A stretch of 64,000 nt of DNA from Antedon mediterranea (lineage: Eukaryota > Animalia > Echinodermata), in assembly GCF_964355755.1 (NCBI RefSeq), contig NC_092679.1:17839432-17903431 (forward strand), in the 5' to 3' direction. Positions 59,795 to 64,000 of this stretch are shown here, in pieces (position 1 is the stretch's first letter; each line of letters opens with the position of its first letter). The position numbers and the translations under genes were made by a program. The notes beneath the pieces were generated by a model, which saw only the letters and a program-made list of their open reading frames with translations, had not been told where the DNA came from and ran no database searches.

Positions 59795-60215
59795 ATAATG
59801 CCATAGTAAAATAATGTCAGAGTGAAATAATGTCAGAGTGAAATAATATCAGAATGAAATAATGTCAGCAGAGTAAAATAATGTCAGAGTGAAATAATGT
59901 CAGAGTGAAATAATGTCAGTGAAACAATGTCAGAGTGAAATACTGTTAGAGTGAAATAATGTTAGTGAAACAATGTCAGAGTGAAATAATGTCGGAGTGA
60001 AATAATGTCGGTGAAACAATTTCAGAGTGAAATAATGTCAGTGAAACAATGTTAGAGTGAAATTATGCCAGAGTGGAACAATGTCAGAGTAAAATAATGT
60101 TCAGTGAAACAATGTCAGAGTGAAATAATGTCAGTGAAATATGGCAGAGTAAAATAACGTCAGAGTGAAATTATGCCCAAGTAAAATAATGTCAGAGTGA
60201 AATAATGTCAATAAT
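59795..60215. repeat. 14/16-bp tandem repeat (~25 copies)
   Basis: AGTGAAATAATGTCAG and AGTGAAACAATGTC units. Confidence 0.9.
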
Positions 60216-60711
60216 GTAAGAAATTTAATAGTATACAATATAAATGTATACAATATACTGTATAAAATATACTACAGTATATCAAACAATGAGTGAGATC
60301 ATACAGTAGCTACTGTAAGCAACAATAAAGTGACAATAAAACTTTTGATTGTCATTTCCTAACAGGATTTTTATACCTGTACCACCATGTTCAAAGCTTT
60401 ACTTTAATCAATGTACAACTCTAAAGTTAAACAAATATATATATCAGAACGTGCATTTTAGCTCAATTTAAATAGCAAAATACAATGGTCCCTTTTTTGC
60501 GTTCAGTCTGGCTATTGAACTCTGGTTAAAGTGGGCAATTTGATAGTTCATATCAGCCACAAGGGCGTACTAGTCATGTACTGAATGAGTTTTGAATTAA
60601 CTCACGATTACTGAAAACAATACCTGGAATTAATTACAGTACCAATGTACACTACTTACGTGCACTGGTACAGGATACTACAGTATTTGCTGTTTACAAA
60701 CTCTTCAATGA

Positions 60712-60860
60712 AGCTCTGTCTACACATCAAACTTTATGTGACAACAAAATGTGATGTCCCCACATATGGACATGATGATGTCATATCACTACCATATTTT
60801 GGCACATTACACTTTTTTTGTCAAATATTCATATATTCATTTGATAGTGTACACAGAGCT
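60712..60860. mobile_element. Hairpin MITE (AGCTCTGTCTACAC family)
   Basis: AGCTCTGTCTACACATCAAAC...TTTGATAGTGTACACAGAGCT. Confidence 0.8.
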
Positions 60861-63549
60861 TTAGAGAGTATAGTGTTGACAGTACTACTGTAAATTGTTA
60901 GTTTGAAATAAGGACAAACATTCAGTAGTACATTACTGTAGGCTAACCATATTTAATTTGCATATGAATCAATCAATTTACATAATACAGGTATTGATAA
61001 GAGAGGGTTTTTCCCCTGTCAGTACAAAATATTTGTTTTTTATACTGTACATCATGATATTTTTTGTTTAATATGGAAGAAAGTACAATTGACAGATGCT
61101 GTACAATATTTGCATATTTATTTTTAGAATAAACCAGTTCGGATTCAATAAGGTACTGTAGTGGCTTTTTTTAATAGGGCATTTGATAGCTGGCACTAAC
61201 TAACTGCTAACCACATTATTACTATATGTTGATTCTCTATATACCACAAGTAGGTGGAGCATGTACATAAACTTTTACTGGTATTTTAGTTCATTATGAA
61301 ACAGGGATTTCACTGATGACTAATGAAACCTTAATTGGGTTTTTTTTTTATTACAGACAATGTCTGTGTGTAACATGTGTGATGACAGTTGACAAAACTG
61401 TACACTATTACTTACTGTAGAAAGTTCATTGATCTTACTTTACAGTATGATTACTGGACAAAATAATAGTCTATTTTGTGCATAGCTTACATGGATAAAC
61501 CGACATTGGCCTATTCTCTCTAAGAAGAGAGCTACAACTAATATTACTGTATATAAAATTAACACTTCTACTGTAGAAATATTAGATACAATGCATAATG
61601 TTATGATCTTTGGGGAGTTACAGTATAAACTTGTGAAAATTTATTGTAAGGTGATAGACACCACTGGCTAAAGTTTTCCCTTTGGAAATTGTATCATCTT
61701 TGTTGTCCTGGCAAGCAACAACAAATTGGATACTGTATCACATCCAACTAATCTAACACAAATTGATTCATTGTGGAGGAATTCCGAGAAATTGGCAACT
61801 TAAATATCAGTGGAATTAAATTCAGAATTAATTATGACACCAGCAGCAGCAGTAACATATTTTCAATCTATATATTACAATTTCTGAGAAATCATATTTT
61901 CAATTTGCTGCCTAAAATAGTCAAGTAAATTAAATATCACTGTTTAATAATATTACGACTAATATTGGAAATGTGCTCTTCTTTCATCAATATTTGGTAT
62001 GGATATTATATCGTAGGAATTACAGTACAGTAACTTAACTACTGTAAATAAACAAAAGCTGAATTTTCACTCTTGTCAATAATAAAATGTTTTACCAGGG
62101 AAGAGTAAATTCACTCTTCCCTGGTTTAACTATATCAATAGTCTAGTTAATACAGGTAAATATATTTCAAACCAGAGATTTCAATAAAATTACTTTATTC
62201 TTCTTTATAATTGGTATGTTGCTATATTGCAGATTTAAAAAAAATAAAAATCAGTTTTCAAAAAACAATAGTTTAATTCATATCCGATAACAAAACATTA
62301 AACTTATAGAAAAAATATAAAGGAAGTAATTATGAATCAAGCATGTCATAAACATATTGTTTCAGAAGTATTGTATACTCTTCTGGGAATCTACTAATTC
62401 CCTTTTCTACTTCATACAAAAACAACCTAATGTCTTCTTGGATGTTAAGTACAACTCATAAATCATGAACTCTCAATAAATAGTTCCACTTCCCCTTGAC
62501 GATTCCTGTACAGTAGTTGTAACTTTCATGTGTACAACCAGGGAGGTATTATACCTCCAGTGTGATGTTCCCAAATATGGCAGTGATATGACATCATCAT
62601 GTCCATATATGGGCACATCACACTTTTTTTGTCAAACTAGTTTGATAGTGTAGACAGAGCTTAAGGCCAATGGGGCACATTACTGCAGGTGTGGTACAGT
62701 AGGTAGGGTCTTTCAACTTATCGTAGGTACTGTATTAGCCCATGGCTTAACCTGCTTTTAATGATCTTAAGATATTAATTACATAATTGAATAATGATTT
62801 AAATTCATTTCAAATATTCATAAAACATGTTGGTTCTATAAACTACAGCATAATCACGTTCAGAATACAAACAATGGCCTACTGTGAAGAATCAACAATT
62901 CTTTAATGAGACACATACTTTGGACTATTGTTCAAGAACAACTGTACCATTGTACTTATTTATGGGAATCAATACAATATTTGTTGACAATATCAATAGA
63001 AATGTACAGTAAAAATCAACTATGGTGGTACAGTATGATGGTATCCTTCAGTTGACTCAACATGCAAACTAATCAAATAACTATAAACAATGCTTTCCTA
63101 ATTTTAATGTCACATGTTGATCTTGAATGTTTGTTTCTAGTCCCTAATCTTTCCCCTTGATAGGTTGACTCAACAAGCAAACTATTAAAAAAATAAAATA
63201 ACTAAATAAACAATATTCTGCTTTTCTATTTTTACTTTCATGTCAAAATTATTATGGAGATTTTGTCGTATTTCAATCCCTAAACTTCTTCAACGAAACT
63301 ACAGTATGGTATCGTTCTCTTTGTTAGATTGACTCAACAAGCAAACCTTATCAACTACAAAAACAGGAAAATGGTTATTAATTAACTTGATTGTATAAGC
63401 AAATCGTGGCTAAAGGCACTTTGGTAATGCTGTCTGTTCCTGGGTTGAGTTGTTTACATTTGGTCATGACTCAGTCGTCACATCATTTGCATATTAAACA
63501 CAGCCGCAATATGTTGCTCTTTGTATTTCACATGTTGCTCTTATTATTA

Positions 63550-63720
63550 AGCTCTGTCTACACTATCCCAAATATGATGGCGATATGCTCAAATATGATG
63601 GTGATATGCCCACATTTGGTAGTGATATGTCCAAATTTGGTAGTAATATGATATCATTGTGTCTATTATGGGCACATTTTTTTGTCACATAAAGTTTAAT
63701 AGTGTACAGTAGACCGAGCT
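63550..63720. mobile_element. Hairpin MITE (AGCTCTGTCTACAC family) with expanded internal ~20-bp repeats and a CAGTA micro-insertion
   Basis: Left TIR intact. The right TIR reads GTG-TACAGTA-GACCGAGCT against the consensus GTG-TA-GACAGAGCT. Confidence 0.8.
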
Positions 63721-64000
63721 TTTAGGCCTACACAATGTATTGTCCATTTTTTGGGGAAATAGATATAATGGTCTTAATTTACAAATTCATTGAATCTGTG
63801 GCTTCCCATATTTGGAAATTGTGTCCAAACATGTGCATGTCTGCTGTGTTCTATTGTTTTGTATTCTATTTATGTTTTTTTCCAACTTCCAAATACATAC
63901 TGTAATTTTAAGTTATATAACACAGTAGTACAGTACTGTATATAATAAATATAGTGTACATTGACGTCTGTACATTTTACACAAAATTACAAATCATACA

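Overview
This is an AT-rich, intron-containing animal genome window, probably a marine invertebrate deuterostome (inference only). Seven host genes can be built exon by exon with GT-AG junctions in consistent phase: the 3' part of an SLC6 (taurine/GABA-type) transporter (+), a 2-exon type II membrane fibrinogen-domain protein (+), FAM98 (+), PSMD8 (+), PSMC6 (-), intronless DNAJC27/RBJ (+, head-to-head with PSMC6), and the 3' part of an ASPP (TP53BP2/PPP1R13B-like) gene (-). Mobile DNA is abundant: a decayed 5.2-kb Academ(X) transposon with a nested hAT, two further hAT-like elements (TSDs of 6, 5 and 8 bp across the three), about 17 copies of a ~140-bp hairpin MITE, other MITEs, a 5S-derived SINE and tRNA-derived SINEs. 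There is also a ~5-kb palindromic higher-order satellite and several minisatellites. The most notable signals are (i) dense TA-flanked micro-insertions (TACAGTA/TACTGTA, TAGGCCTA, TACCGGTA) that look like transposon excision scars, (ii) an ITIM-bearing, stalkless membrane FReD, and (iii) the all-palindrome satellite. I found no CRISPR or prokaryote-type system. All coordinates and counts were made by eye.
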